Shown here in pieces: positions 28,060-37,160 of a stretch of DNA of 64,000 bases. The first letter of the stretch is position 1. Each line of letters begins with the position of its first letter. The position numbers were made by a program, and so were the translations under genes. Below the pieces are notes generated by a model. That model saw only the letters and a list, made by a program, of their open reading frames with translations. It had not been told where the DNA came from and did no database searches. This stretch comes from a bacterium (lineage in GTDB: Bacteria; UBA8248), in the NCBI GenBank assembly GCA_965207065.1, contig OZ242260.1, positions 2,848,001-2,912,000 on the forward strand, written 5' to 3'.

Positions 28060-28976
28060 GTGAGTCTCACGCGCGGGTCGAGCCAGGCGTAGGCGATGTC
28101 GGCCAGGAAGTTCGCGCTCACGTAGATGGCGGCGATGAACAGCACGCAGCCCTGTACGAGGGGGTAGTCGCGAGACGCGATGGCCTGGATCACCAGCCGC
28201 CCCACGCCGGGCCAGGCGAAGACGGTCTCGGTGATGATGGCGCCCGAGAGCAGAGCGCCGAGCTGGAGGCTCAGGATCGTGATGAGCGGCAGGCAAGCGT
28301 TCTTGAGCGCATGGAGCCAGAGCACCCGCCTCTCTGAAATGCCCTTAGAGCGCGCCGTGCTGATGTAGTCTTGCGGCAGCACTTCCAGCAGGCTCGAGCG
28401 CGCCATGCGCATCAATATCGGCGAGAGCGCGGCGCCGAGCGTCACGGCGGGGAGGATGAGGCTGAAAGCCCCCTCCCGGCCCGAGACGGGGAACCAGCCC
28501 AGCCCGATGGAGAAGACGATGATGAGCAGCGGCCCGAGCCAGAAAACGGGCATGCTCGCGCCCGCCACGGCGAGAAAACCGGCCCCCAGGTCGAGCAGCG
28601 TGCCCTGCCTTCGAGCCGCTGCGATCCCCAGCGGAAGCGAAATGAGAAGTGCGACGGCCATCGAGGCGAGCGTGAGTTCCGCAGAAGCATAGGTGCGCTC
28701 GAAGATGATGGCCGAGACCGCTCTTTTCTGGTGAAGCGAATTCCCTAAGTCTCCTCGCAGCAGCCCGCCCATGTAATCGGCGTATTGAACGCCGATCGGC
28801 CTGTCCAGCCCCAGCGTCTTTCGCAGTTGTTCGCGCTGGGCGGGGCGGGCGGTTTCGCCCAGCATCAGGTCCACCGGGTCGCCCGGCAACACCTGGGTGA
28901 CGATGAAGACGAGCGTCGTCACCCCCCACAGGACGGGGATGAGGAGCAGAATGCGTCTGAAGAGGAATTTTCTCAT
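28056..28976 (-). CDS. Peptide/nickel ABC transporter permease (DppB/OppB-like)
   Basis: LPGDPV, LGLDRP, GDLGNS, DYISTARSKG, ETVFAWPGVG, LDPRV. Confidence 0.93.
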   Translation of the reverse strand: MRKFLFRRILLLIPVLWGVTTLVFIVTQVLPGDPVDLMLGETARPAQREQLRKTLGLDRPIGVQYADYMGGLLRGDLGNSLHQKRAVSAIIFERTYASAELTLASMAVALLISLPLGIAAARRQGTLLDLGAGFLAVAGASMPVFWLGPLLIIVFSIGLGWFPVSGREGAFSLILPAVTLGAALSPILMRMARSSLLEVLPQDYISTARSKGISERRVLWLHALKNACLPLITILSLQLGALLSGAIITETVFAWPGVGRLVIQAIASRDYPLVQGCVLFIAAIYVSANFLADIAYAWLDPRVRLT

Positions 28977-30554
28977 TTATCGTCCCGCCGCCGGGGAGAG
29001 GGTGGCTCTCGCCAGCGAGATGAAATCCGCGTCCGGGTACACCCGATAGCCGGATATGCGCCTGTCGAAGACGGCCACGTTCATGCTGTGCCAAAGATTG
29101 ATGTAGGGAAGCTCACGGCCCAGGATGCGCTGCGCCTCGCCGTAGGCGCGGGCGCGAATATTGGTATCGGCGGATTGCTGGGCCTCTTCCAGGAGCGCGT
29201 CCACGCGCGCGTTCTGGTAGCGGCCCCGGTTGAGGCCGGCCGGCGGCATGAAGCGGCTGTGGAAGATGTAGCGGTAGATGTCGGGGTCCGATATGCCGAC
29301 CCAAGTCAGGCTGTAGAGCTGGAAGTTCCCGTTTCTGATGTCGCCGAAAAACGTGCCCCACTCATAAGAGCGGATTTTCATCTTGATTCCCACGCTGGCG
29401 AGTTGATGGCCGAACACGGTGGCGATGCGGCGTCCCAGCTCGTTTTGCGAGGTTTTGTAGACGAGCGTGAAGCGCGGCTCGGGCCCCGGCCCGTCGGGAT
29501 CGGGATAGCCCGCCGCGTCGAGTAGTTTCATGGCCAGTTCCGGGCGGTGCGCGTAGTTGGGAAGACCTTTTTTGTGGGCCCAGTGATCCGGCGGTAGCAG
29601 GCTGTCCGCCTCCTGGACGAGGCCCTTGTGGATGAAGCGCACAATAGGCCTCCTGTCGATGGCGTGGGCGATTGCGCGCCGCACCTCGAGTTTGGAGAGT
29701 ATCGGGTCACTCAGGTTGAAGCCGATGTAGGTGAAGTTCGTGCCCAGCCGCTTTCGTATCACAAGCCGTTTGTTTTTGACGAAGCGCGGCAGAATGTCGG
29801 GTGAGAAGGCGTTCTGGAGGAAATCGACGCCTCCGCTTTCGAGTTCCAGGACGCGGATGGTCTCCTCCGGCAGGATCCGGAAGATGAGGCGCTCATAAGC
29901 GGGCTTGCCGGCGAAGTAACCGGAGAATGCCTTGAGGGTGATTCGCTCGTCCGGCGTGAATTCCACGAACTGGAACGGGCCGGAGCCTATGGGTTTTTGG
30001 GCGAAGCGGCTCCCTGCCTCGCGCGCGCTTTTGGGGAGGATGCCGACCATCAGGGATTCCGCGAACGAGGCGGAGGGTTTCTTGAGGTGAAAGACGACCC
30101 TGTGCGGCGTGGGCGTTTCGATGCGCGCGAGTTCCTTGAGTCCCGCCGCCTTGGGCGAGGCGAGTGAGGGGTCGCGAATGGAGTCGAAAGTGTATTTTAC
30201 GTCGGACGCGGTGAGGGCTACGCCGTTGTGGAACCGTACCCCGCGCCTGAGTTCGAAGCGATGGACGAGAGGTGTGGGCCGCTCCCAACGCTCGGCGAGT
30301 TCCAGGACGATGCGGCCCTCGTGGTCTTGCGATATCAGCCGGCTGAAGATGAAGCGCTGCACTTTGGAGGAAATGGCGTCTTGCGACAGCCTCGGGTCGA
30401 GTTGCGTGGGGTTGGTTCCGATGCCGACGACGATGGCGTCGTTTTTTTGCGAACGCTCCTCCCCGCAGGCGGATAAACTCGCACACGCCACCATGAGAAC
30501 AACAAAAACAAGCGATTTATTTCGCACCTGATCATACCGGCGGGCGGGAGACAT
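28977..30554 (-). CDS. Peptide ABC transporter substrate-binding lipoprotein (family 5)
   Basis: Lipobox LSAC, LRRGVRFHNG..LTASDVKYTF, PIGSGPF, VRRAIAHAIDR; start uncertain. Confidence 0.92.
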   Translation of the reverse strand: MSPARRYDQVRNKSLVFVVLMVACASLSACGEERSQKNDAIVVGIGTNPTQLDPRLSQDAISSKVQRFIFSRLISQDHEGRIVLELAERWERPTPLVHRFELRRGVRFHNGVALTASDVKYTFDSIRDPSLASPKAAGLKELARIETPTPHRVVFHLKKPSASFAESLMVGILPKSAREAGSRFAQKPIGSGPFQFVEFTPDERITLKAFSGYFAGKPAYERLIFRILPEETIRVLELESGGVDFLQNAFSPDILPRFVKNKRLVIRKRLGTNFTYIGFNLSDPILSKLEVRRAIAHAIDRRPIVRFIHKGLVQEADSLLPPDHWAHKKGLPNYAHRPELAMKLLDAAGYPDPDGPGPEPRFTLVYKTSQNELGRRIATVFGHQLASVGIKMKIRSYEWGTFFGDIRNGNFQLYSLTWVGISDPDIYRYIFHSRFMPPAGLNRGRYQNARVDALLEEAQQSADTNIRARAYGEAQRILGRELPYINLWHSMNVAVFDRRISGYRVYPDADFISLARATLSPAAGR

Positions 30555-30683
30555 CTGGAGATTCGCATACGCCGCGTCCCATCGTCAACGCGGTGCACCC
30601 TCGTGGTTTACAGCCTTCTCCGGGGGGATTAAGATTCGCCTCGGTGGTGATTTCTCGATTCAACGACCTGGAGGTTTTCCCCG

Positions 30684-31232
30684 ATGAGATGGAGCAGGAG
30701 TCTTTTGAAGCGATCCTTGCGCCTGGTGGTGACGGCGCTCGCTTTCCTCCTCATAAGCGTAGGCTCGGTGGCGGCTGCGCCATATGATGAGAATCGCCCC
30801 AAGGTGGGGCAAAAGGCGCGTGATTTCGAAATCCAGGGCTTCAAGCTCTCCGACCTCAAGGGCAGGAAGAACCTCGTGATGGTTTTCTATCGGGGCCACT
30901 TCTGAGTGATTTGCCAGCGGCAACTCGTTGAGTTCCAGAGATTTTCCGGGAAGATACACGGACTTCAGACCGAGATCATCGCCATCAGCGCGGACAACGC
31001 GCTTGAAATGAACAAGACGACGAGGGAGTTGGGCATCCGGTATCTGCTGATATCGGACCCGAAGAAACGAATTATCAAAGACTTCGGGGTGCTGCATCCC
31101 AGAGAGGGGATCGCCCGGCCAGCCACCGTCATCATCGACAAGAGCGGCGTGGTTCGCTACGTTCATGTGGGCAAATATCCCAGCGACCGCCCCTCGGTTC
31201 AACAGGTGATGCAGGCCCTCGCTTTTTTGTGA
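30684..31232 (+). CDS. Exported peroxiredoxin-like (AhpC/TSA, redoxin) protein, probable selenoprotein (U74-V-I-C77; UGA at 30903-30905)
   Basis: ORFs 30684-30905 and 30906-31232 are contiguous in frame: PKVGQKARDF...LSDLKGRKNLVMVFYRGHF-U-VICQRQL...AISAD...LISDP...ARPATVIIDKSGVVRY; N-terminal signal peptide; SECIS-like hairpin. Confidence 0.88.
30919..30936 (+). promoter_or_regulatory. Putative bacterial SECIS element
   Basis: GG-C-AACTC-GTT-GAGTT-CC hairpin; first loop G is 22 nt after the UGA. Confidence 0.65.
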
Positions 31233-31283
31233 AATGAATACCCGGTATTCCCGCCCCCGCCCGGCGCGTAACGGACACCGAAT

Positions 31284-33080
31284 ATGAGATTCATGAAGCA
31301 AGACTCAGCGTGCCGGATTTTCAGGTTCTCCTTGTGGGCGATGATTCTGTGCCTCGCCGCCATATGCGCGTCGGACGCCTTCGCCGCAAGAAAAAAGCGC
31401 GCGCCGAAAAAAAAGATCGCTTCCAAAGGCATCGTCTCGAAGGCCGCCTTCCAGGCCAGGGTGAGGCGCGCCGTAAAAAGGCAGTGCGTCCGCCCGGGAC
31501 GCCTAGGACTCTACATTCGCTCGGTTTCCACCGCTCAGACGCTCTATTCTCATAACGCCGCCACGAAGCGGATTCCTGCATCGAACGTCAAACTCTTCAC
31601 GGCCGCCGCCGCGCTCGCGCGTCTGGGGCCGGACTACCGCTTCGCCACCGATTTTTACGCGAAGGGCAAGGTTCGAGGCGGCGTCCTGCGGGGAGACCTG
31701 TATCTCAAGGGCTACGGCGATCCGCATTTCGTGCATGAAAGGATGCGTGACTTCGTTCGCCGCCTCAAGCTGCGCGGCGTGAGGCGCATCGAGGGCGACC
31801 TGGTGGCGGACGATACGTTTTTCGATGAGAAAAAACACGGGCGCGGGTGGCGCGTGGGCCGCTCCATCCGGCCGTATCTGGCGCCGCACGGGGCTTTGTC
31901 CCTGAATTTTGGTTCGGCGAACGTGCTCGTGGCTCCGGGTGATGGGGCCGGTACGCCGGCGATGGCGAATCTCGAGCCGCCCTCGCGCGCGCTTCGTCTC
32001 CAGGCGAGGGTGAAAACCTCGCGCAGGAGCCTGAAGATCCGGCTCGGGCGCGGGCGCTCCAAAGGAAAGGATGTCGTTCAGATTAGCGGCTTGTTTCCGG
32101 CGGGGATCAGAATGAAGCTGTACCGGGTGCCCGTCACGGACCCCACCGCCTACACCGCCGGCGCAGTCGCAGTCGAATTGGAGAGGCAGGGAATCGCCTT
32201 GAAGGGCGGAATCCGGCGGGCCGCCACGCCGCCGGATGCGAAGCTTCTCGCGCGAAACCTCTCGCCGCAATTGAGCGAGGTGGTGAGCGGACTCAACAAG
32301 TTCAGCAACAATTTCGTGGCCGAACAGGTTCTCAAGACAATGGGCGCCGAGACGCACGGCGCGCCGGGCACGGCGGAAAAAGGCCTGCGCGTCGTGCGGG
32401 ATTTTCTGATCTCCACCGGCGTCTCCGCGAAAGAGATCGCCCTCGCCGACGGTTCGGGCTTGAGCCGGATGAACCGCGCCTCGCCCCGCGCTCTGGCCAC
32501 TCTGCTCGAAGCGGCGCACAACGATTTCAGGCTGCGGCCGGAGTTCATGGCGTCGCTGGCCGTATTCGGCGTCGACGGGACAGTGAAGAAAAGACGCCGC
32601 CGGGGAGTCAAATCGCGCCGGGTGCGGGTGAAGACGGGCGTGTTGAACGGCGTGCGCGCCTTCAGCGGATATGCGGCCGCCGGAAACGGGGAAATTCTCG
32701 CATTCTCTGTTCTCATGAACGGGAACGCCTGCCGGCCCAAAAGCCTCACGGGTGAGGTGGTTCGCGCAATGGTTTCTTTGAAGCGGAGCTTTTCGAATCC
32801 CGTGAACGCTCATCTCAGGGGGGCTCGGGAGATAATGGCGCGCTCCATGCCGAAGCCTTCCATCAGAGACGGGTGGCGCAGACGCTCCTCTCCGCGGGCG
32901 GGCCCGGCCGAAGAGGATGATTTCGAGGAGCTTGGCCCGGGAATCGCTCCGGTCGCCGAATCGCCCCTGGACGATTCCCCCGACGAATTGTCTATGGAGA
33001 ATTCCGAAGAAGCAGTCCCGGCGGAAGGTGGCGCCGCGTGGCCCTCGAAAAACGCCCCGCGCGGGCGCAGTCGTGAGTAA
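31284..33080 (+). CDS. dacB: D-alanyl-D-alanine carboxypeptidase/endopeptidase (PBP4 family)
   Basis: PASNVK (SxxK), LKGYGDP, SNN, DGSGLSR, KTG; extra acidic C-terminal tail. Confidence 0.92.
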   Translation: MRFMKQDSACRIFRFSLWAMILCLAAICASDAFAARKKRAPKKKIASKGIVSKAAFQARVRRAVKRQCVRPGRLGLYIRSVSTAQTLYSHNAATKRIPASNVKLFTAAAALARLGPDYRFATDFYAKGKVRGGVLRGDLYLKGYGDPHFVHERMRDFVRRLKLRGVRRIEGDLVADDTFFDEKKHGRGWRVGRSIRPYLAPHGALSLNFGSANVLVAPGDGAGTPAMANLEPPSRALRLQARVKTSRRSLKIRLGRGRSKGKDVVQISGLFPAGIRMKLYRVPVTDPTAYTAGAVAVELERQGIALKGGIRRAATPPDAKLLARNLSPQLSEVVSGLNKFSNNFVAEQVLKTMGAETHGAPGTAEKGLRVVRDFLISTGVSAKEIALADGSGLSRMNRASPRALATLLEAAHNDFRLRPEFMASLAVFGVDGTVKKRRRRGVKSRRVRVKTGVLNGVRAFSGYAAAGNGEILAFSVLMNGNACRPKSLTGEVVRAMVSLKRSFSNPVNAHLRGAREIMARSMPKPSIRDGWRRRSSPRAGPAEEDDFEELGPGIAPVAESPLDDSPDELSMENSEEAVPAEGGAAWPSKNAPRGRSRE

Positions 33081-33159
33081 CCTGTGAGCGATACGCTTTT
33101 TCGGGGCAGACTCTCCCGGCGTGGCGGCTATGGGTGGAGCAGGGGAGCATGAAGAGCCG

Positions 33160-34950
33160 ATGAGCGATTCCACAGGCCCGCTCGCGCATCCCCGCAAGTG
33201 GACTCTGCGCCCCGTCGATAAAGAGTCAGCCGAAAAACTTTCCCGGGAGTTGAACGTCCCCCCTTTGATGGGAAAACTTCTCGCGCAAAGGGGAATTCAA
33301 GACCCCGATGAGGCGCGCAAGTTCCTGGACGCCCCCCTCGCGGGATTGCATGACCCGTTTCTGATGAAAGGGATGGAAGAAGCTGTCTCCCACCTCCTGG
33401 GGCCGATAAGAAACCGACGCCCCATCGGCGTTTATGGGGATTACGATGTGGACGGCATCTCCGCCACGGCGCTCCTGTGCCGGTTTTTCTCCCAGGTGGG
33501 CGTGAGGACTCCCTACTACATTCCGAATCGCCTGGATGAGGGATACGGCCTGCACCGCAAGGGTCTGGAAAAGCTCAAGGAGGCGGGCTGCGACACGGTG
33601 GTGACGGTCGACTGCGGTATCAGCGCGCATTCCGCCGCCAGAGAAGCCGAACAGATGGGTTTGCGGCTCATCATCACCGATCATCACCGCCCGCCGGACG
33701 AGTTGCCGCCCTCCGTGGCCGTCCTGAATCCCGGCCAGATGGGTTGTGAATATCCTTTCCGAGGACTCAGCGGGGTCGGGGTCGCGTTCAAACTTGTCAC
33801 CGCCGTGAGAAGGCGTTTGCATGAAGGCGGATTCACGGCGCCGCTGCCGAACCTCAAGCAGCATCTGGACCTGGTGGCGCTGGGCACGGTGGCCGACGTG
33901 GTCCCACTCAGGGATGAGAATCACATTTTCGTGCGCCACGGGCTCGAGATTCTCTCGCCCCCCGAAGTGGCCGAAGGCGGGTTCGAGACCCTGGATCGGA
34001 GAAAGGCGGGAATCCGCGCATTGCAGGCGGCGGCGAATCTGAAAGCCGGAGCGCTCAACGTCGGGCACATCTCCTTCATGATCGCGCCGAGGCTGAACGC
34101 GGCAGGGCGGGTGGGAGAAGCTTCCTTCGGCGTCGAGCTTCTCACCGCAGACGACGAGGGCGAGGCGCGCTCGCGCGCGGAGGTGCTCGAAGAGTGGAAC
34201 CGGCAGCGCCAGAATTTGCAGCAACAAGCCTGGGAGGAGGCGAAGGCCCTCATGGAAACTTCGGGAGCCGACGCCCGGGATGATGCCATCGTGCTCGCGA
34301 GCGACAAATGGCATCCCGGCGTGGTGGGCATCGTGGCCTCAAAACTCGTGGAGGAGTATCACCAGCCTTCGGTTCTCATCCACTTAAAGGACGGGGTGGG
34401 CAAGGGTTCCGTTCGCTCCGCCATGGGTCTTCATGTTTACGATGCGCTCGATTACTGCTCGGACCTTTTGATTCAGTTCGGCGGACACAAGGGCGCCGCG
34501 GGCCTCAAGGTGGCGGAAGAGAAGATAGACGTATTCAGAGAATGCTTCCGGGAGGTGATTCGCGGGATGAAGAAGACCGGGGCGGATGAGCGCGAACTCT
34601 TGCTCGACGACCGCGTCGATTTTTCCGAGATGGACGTGCCTCTCCTGGAGCAACTCGAGGGCATGGCGCCTTTCGGGGAGGAGAACCCACGGCCTGTGTT
34701 CTGCGCCTCCCGGGTCGAAGTGGCCGGCAGTCCCGGCGCGGTGGGCCGCGAGAGAGAACACCTGAAGATGAACTTGCGCCAGTTCCGCGACGAGAGAGAA
34801 GCCATCGGCTTCGGCATGGGGGCGCTGCTCAAGGAGCCGGAGCGTTTGAAGGGCAAGCTCGACGTCGCGTTTTCACCCGGCCTGAACCGCTGGCGCGGCA
34901 ACACCAGGGTGCAGCTTGAACTCCGCGCCATCCGCCCGGCGGGCGGCTAA
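33160..34950 (+). CDS. recJ: Single-stranded-DNA-specific exonuclease
   Basis: YGDYDVDG, PNRLDEGYG, TVDCG, ITDHH, LGTVADVVPL, PRLNAAGR, FGGHKGAAG. Confidence 0.96.
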   Translation: MSDSTGPLAHPRKWTLRPVDKESAEKLSRELNVPPLMGKLLAQRGIQDPDEARKFLDAPLAGLHDPFLMKGMEEAVSHLLGPIRNRRPIGVYGDYDVDGISATALLCRFFSQVGVRTPYYIPNRLDEGYGLHRKGLEKLKEAGCDTVVTVDCGISAHSAAREAEQMGLRLIITDHHRPPDELPPSVAVLNPGQMGCEYPFRGLSGVGVAFKLVTAVRRRLHEGGFTAPLPNLKQHLDLVALGTVADVVPLRDENHIFVRHGLEILSPPEVAEGGFETLDRRKAGIRALQAAANLKAGALNVGHISFMIAPRLNAAGRVGEASFGVELLTADDEGEARSRAEVLEEWNRQRQNLQQQAWEEAKALMETSGADARDDAIVLASDKWHPGVVGIVASKLVEEYHQPSVLIHLKDGVGKGSVRSAMGLHVYDALDYCSDLLIQFGGHKGAAGLKVAEEKIDVFRECFREVIRGMKKTGADERELLLDDRVDFSEMDVPLLEQLEGMAPFGEENPRPVFCASRVEVAGSPGAVGREREHLKMNLRQFRDEREAIGFGMGALLKEPERLKGKLDVAFSPGLNRWRGNTRVQLELRAIRPAGG

Positions 34951-36107
34951 CCGAAGAGGGTTTCGAGCGACTCCCTGTCGTCGGGCTTCATCAAGAACTC
35001 GCTCAATTCATTTAAGTTCAGGTTCTTGGACAGCAGCAACACCTTGATGGCGCCGCCCAGGCCGGTGGGGTCCATGATTCCCATGACGGATTGGCGCTCG
35101 CGCCTCGCTTTTTCTTCATCCTCGGTCTTCCAGTTTTCCACCGCCTTCGGTAGCCCGGCGCCCAGAAGAAAGCGCGTCTGGTCGGTGAAGCCCGCGAGCT
35201 CCATGCCGTGTGACGCAGCGGTTCGCAGGATGGAGGTGAAGTCGACGTGGGTGGTGAGGTCGGTTTCCCCGGGGCGGGAGAGTACGTCGCTCACGAGGGT
35301 GTGGTTTCTGTAGCCGCGCAGCGCGCCCTCGGGTCGGCTGGAGCCGTAGAGGACTCTTGCGGAGAAGCCGTAGTCGAAGATAAGAATGGCGCCCCGCTCC
35401 ATCCGGCGCGCCACCTCGCTCACCCAGTCGAAGGCGCACAGGTTCACTTCCGCCATCTGGCCCGTGGATAGCCGCACACCCAAATCGGGGAACCAGTTGC
35501 TTAAGCGCTCATCGGCAAGCGGACCTTCTAAAAACTGAAGCTTCTCGCCGCTTTGCTCCACGTATCTTTCTCGTAGATGCCCCTCTTTTTGAATAATGAC
35601 GTGGACGGGCAGGGCGTCCAGGAACTCATGGGCGAGCACGACGCCCTCGAAGCCCGGAGGCGGGTGCTGCGTTGGGTCAGAGAATCGTATGTTGTCGGTA
35701 TCTTGAAATTTTTCCCGTATCCGCGCTTGGGCCTGCGCGCTCTGCTCGGCGAAGGTATAGGCGACGGCCTGGTGGAGAGCCGAATGCGAGGAGTGAATCG
35801 CCTCCAGGATGTCGAAGGCGAGCCATCCTTCCCCGGGGCCGTATTCCCAGAGGTGAAGGGTGGGCGGCTCGTCCATGCGGAGCCTGATTTTCTCGAGCAG
35901 CGGCGCAATCATCCGCCCGAGCCAGGGGCTTTGGTGAGGCGAGGTGTAGAAATCGCCACCGGGGCCGATTCGTGGGCTGTCCCGGCAGTAATAGCCGCCC
36001 GTGGGATGATAGAGGGCGACCTCCATGAAGTGCCGAAATGAAATGGGACCGGTTTCGAGCGCATCCGCAAAGGCTTTGGACAGTTCGGGATGAGAGGCGA
36101 TTTTCAT
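34947..36107 (-). CDS. SAM-dependent methyltransferase, MidA/NDUFAF7 family
   Basis: GPISF..FM..ALY....GYY, GDFYTSP, EYGPGEG, HEFLDALP, FDYG, DLTTHVDF. Confidence 0.9.
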   Translation of the reverse strand: MKIASHPELSKAFADALETGPISFRHFMEVALYHPTGGYYCRDSPRIGPGGDFYTSPHQSPWLGRMIAPLLEKIRLRMDEPPTLHLWEYGPGEGWLAFDILEAIHSSHSALHQAVAYTFAEQSAQAQARIREKFQDTDNIRFSDPTQHPPPGFEGVVLAHEFLDALPVHVIIQKEGHLRERYVEQSGEKLQFLEGPLADERLSNWFPDLGVRLSTGQMAEVNLCAFDWVSEVARRMERGAILIFDYGFSARVLYGSSRPEGALRGYRNHTLVSDVLSRPGETDLTTHVDFTSILRTAASHGMELAGFTDQTRFLLGAGLPKAVENWKTEDEEKARRERQSVMGIMDPTGLGGAIKVLLLSKNLNLNELSEFLMKPDDRESLETLFG

Positions 36108-36238
36108 GGCGCGAAGTATACACGCCATATGAAAGGAGAAGAACGGGGCAGGAGGGAGCGCCCCTTGATTCCGCCTGTCGGAATATCTATCATCCCAAGA
36201 AGAGTTGACTAATTTCAGCATCACGAGAGAGGAGCCGC

Positions 36239-36490
36239 ATGAAAGTTCGCGTCAAGTGCTTCGCCTGGGCCAAAGAGGTGACGGGCGAGGAGGAAATCGA
36301 CCTCGAAGTGCCCGAAAGCGCAACGGTGGCCGATTTGAGGGATAGCCTCGCCGAGCGGTTTCCTGTTTTCTCCGGGCGCATGGAGTCCATCGCCGTCTCC
36401 GTGAACCAGGAGTTCGCGGGCGAGGGCACGCCAGTGGATGCGGGCGATGAGTTGGCGCTGATCCCGCCCATCAGCGGAGGTTGCGCATGA
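36239..36490 (+). CDS. moaD: Molybdopterin synthase sulfur carrier subunit
   Basis: MKVRVKCFA, AVSVNQEF, GDELALIPPISGG followed by a CA extension. Confidence 0.9.
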   Translation: MKVRVKCFAWAKEVTGEEEIDLEVPESATVADLRDSLAERFPVFSGRMESIAVSVNQEFAGEGTPVDAGDELALIPPISGGCA

Positions 36491-36948
36491 TTTGCCGCAT
36501 CACGGATTCCCCCGTCGACATGGACGAGTTGACGGACAGCCTCGATTCTCCCGAACTGGGCGGGCTCTGCACGTTCGTGGGCAAGGTGCGCAACCACAGC
36601 GCGGGGCAGGGGGTCACGCATCTCGAGTATCACGCCTATCCCGAGATGGCGGAGAAGAAGATGCGCCAGGTCGCCGGGGAGATCGAAGAGCGCTTCGGCG
36701 TCACCCACCTGGCCATGGCCCACCGGGTGGGAACGCTCGCAATCGGCGATATCGCCGTAGGCATCGCGGCGGCCTCGGCCCACCGGGACGCTGCCTTCAA
36801 GGCGTGCCGCTACGCGATCGACCGCATCAAGCAGATCGTTCCGATATGGAAGAAGGAGTTCGGCGAAGACGGCGTGGCATGGGTCGAGGGCTGCGCCGTG
36901 GACGCCGAGACGGCGGAGCCTCAAAAAGCGCAAAATCAGCGCGTTTGA
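36487..36948 (+). CDS. moaE: Molybdopterin synthase catalytic subunit
   Basis: FVGKVRNH, LEYHAYPEMA, HRVGTL, SAHRDAAF, VPIWKKE; ATGA overlap with moaD. Confidence 0.95.
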   Translation: MICRITDSPVDMDELTDSLDSPELGGLCTFVGKVRNHSAGQGVTHLEYHAYPEMAEKKMRQVAGEIEERFGVTHLAMAHRVGTLAIGDIAVGIAAASAHRDAAFKACRYAIDRIKQIVPIWKKEFGEDGVAWVEGCAVDAETAEPQKAQNQRV

Positions 36949-37160
36949 CTTTTTTCCCCTTCCGGCTAGAATTTAACTATACCCACAGAGAATTGCGCCT
37001 GGAGATGGCGTTTGATGTCTATGACGTATTTTTCGTTCCATAGTTATTGATTACGCACATATAGAGCTTCGTTTCATCCTGCTTTGGAAACATTTGAAGA
37101 AAGGGCGGATTTACCGCTGCGAGATTCAATGTTTTTCCCACCTAGCAAGGAGGATAGAAA

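Noticed and set aside
31503-33197. Long antisense or alternate-frame ORFs (e.g. 31503-33197, 58637-60331, 41239-42561, 45417-46706)
   Set aside because: They shadow well-supported genes on the opposite strand; expected in high-GC DNA
36488-36490. Sec readthrough at the moaD TGA (GGCA-U)
   Set aside because: The TGA overlaps the moaE ATG, no hairpin with loop G at +22, and the continuation is short and meaningless
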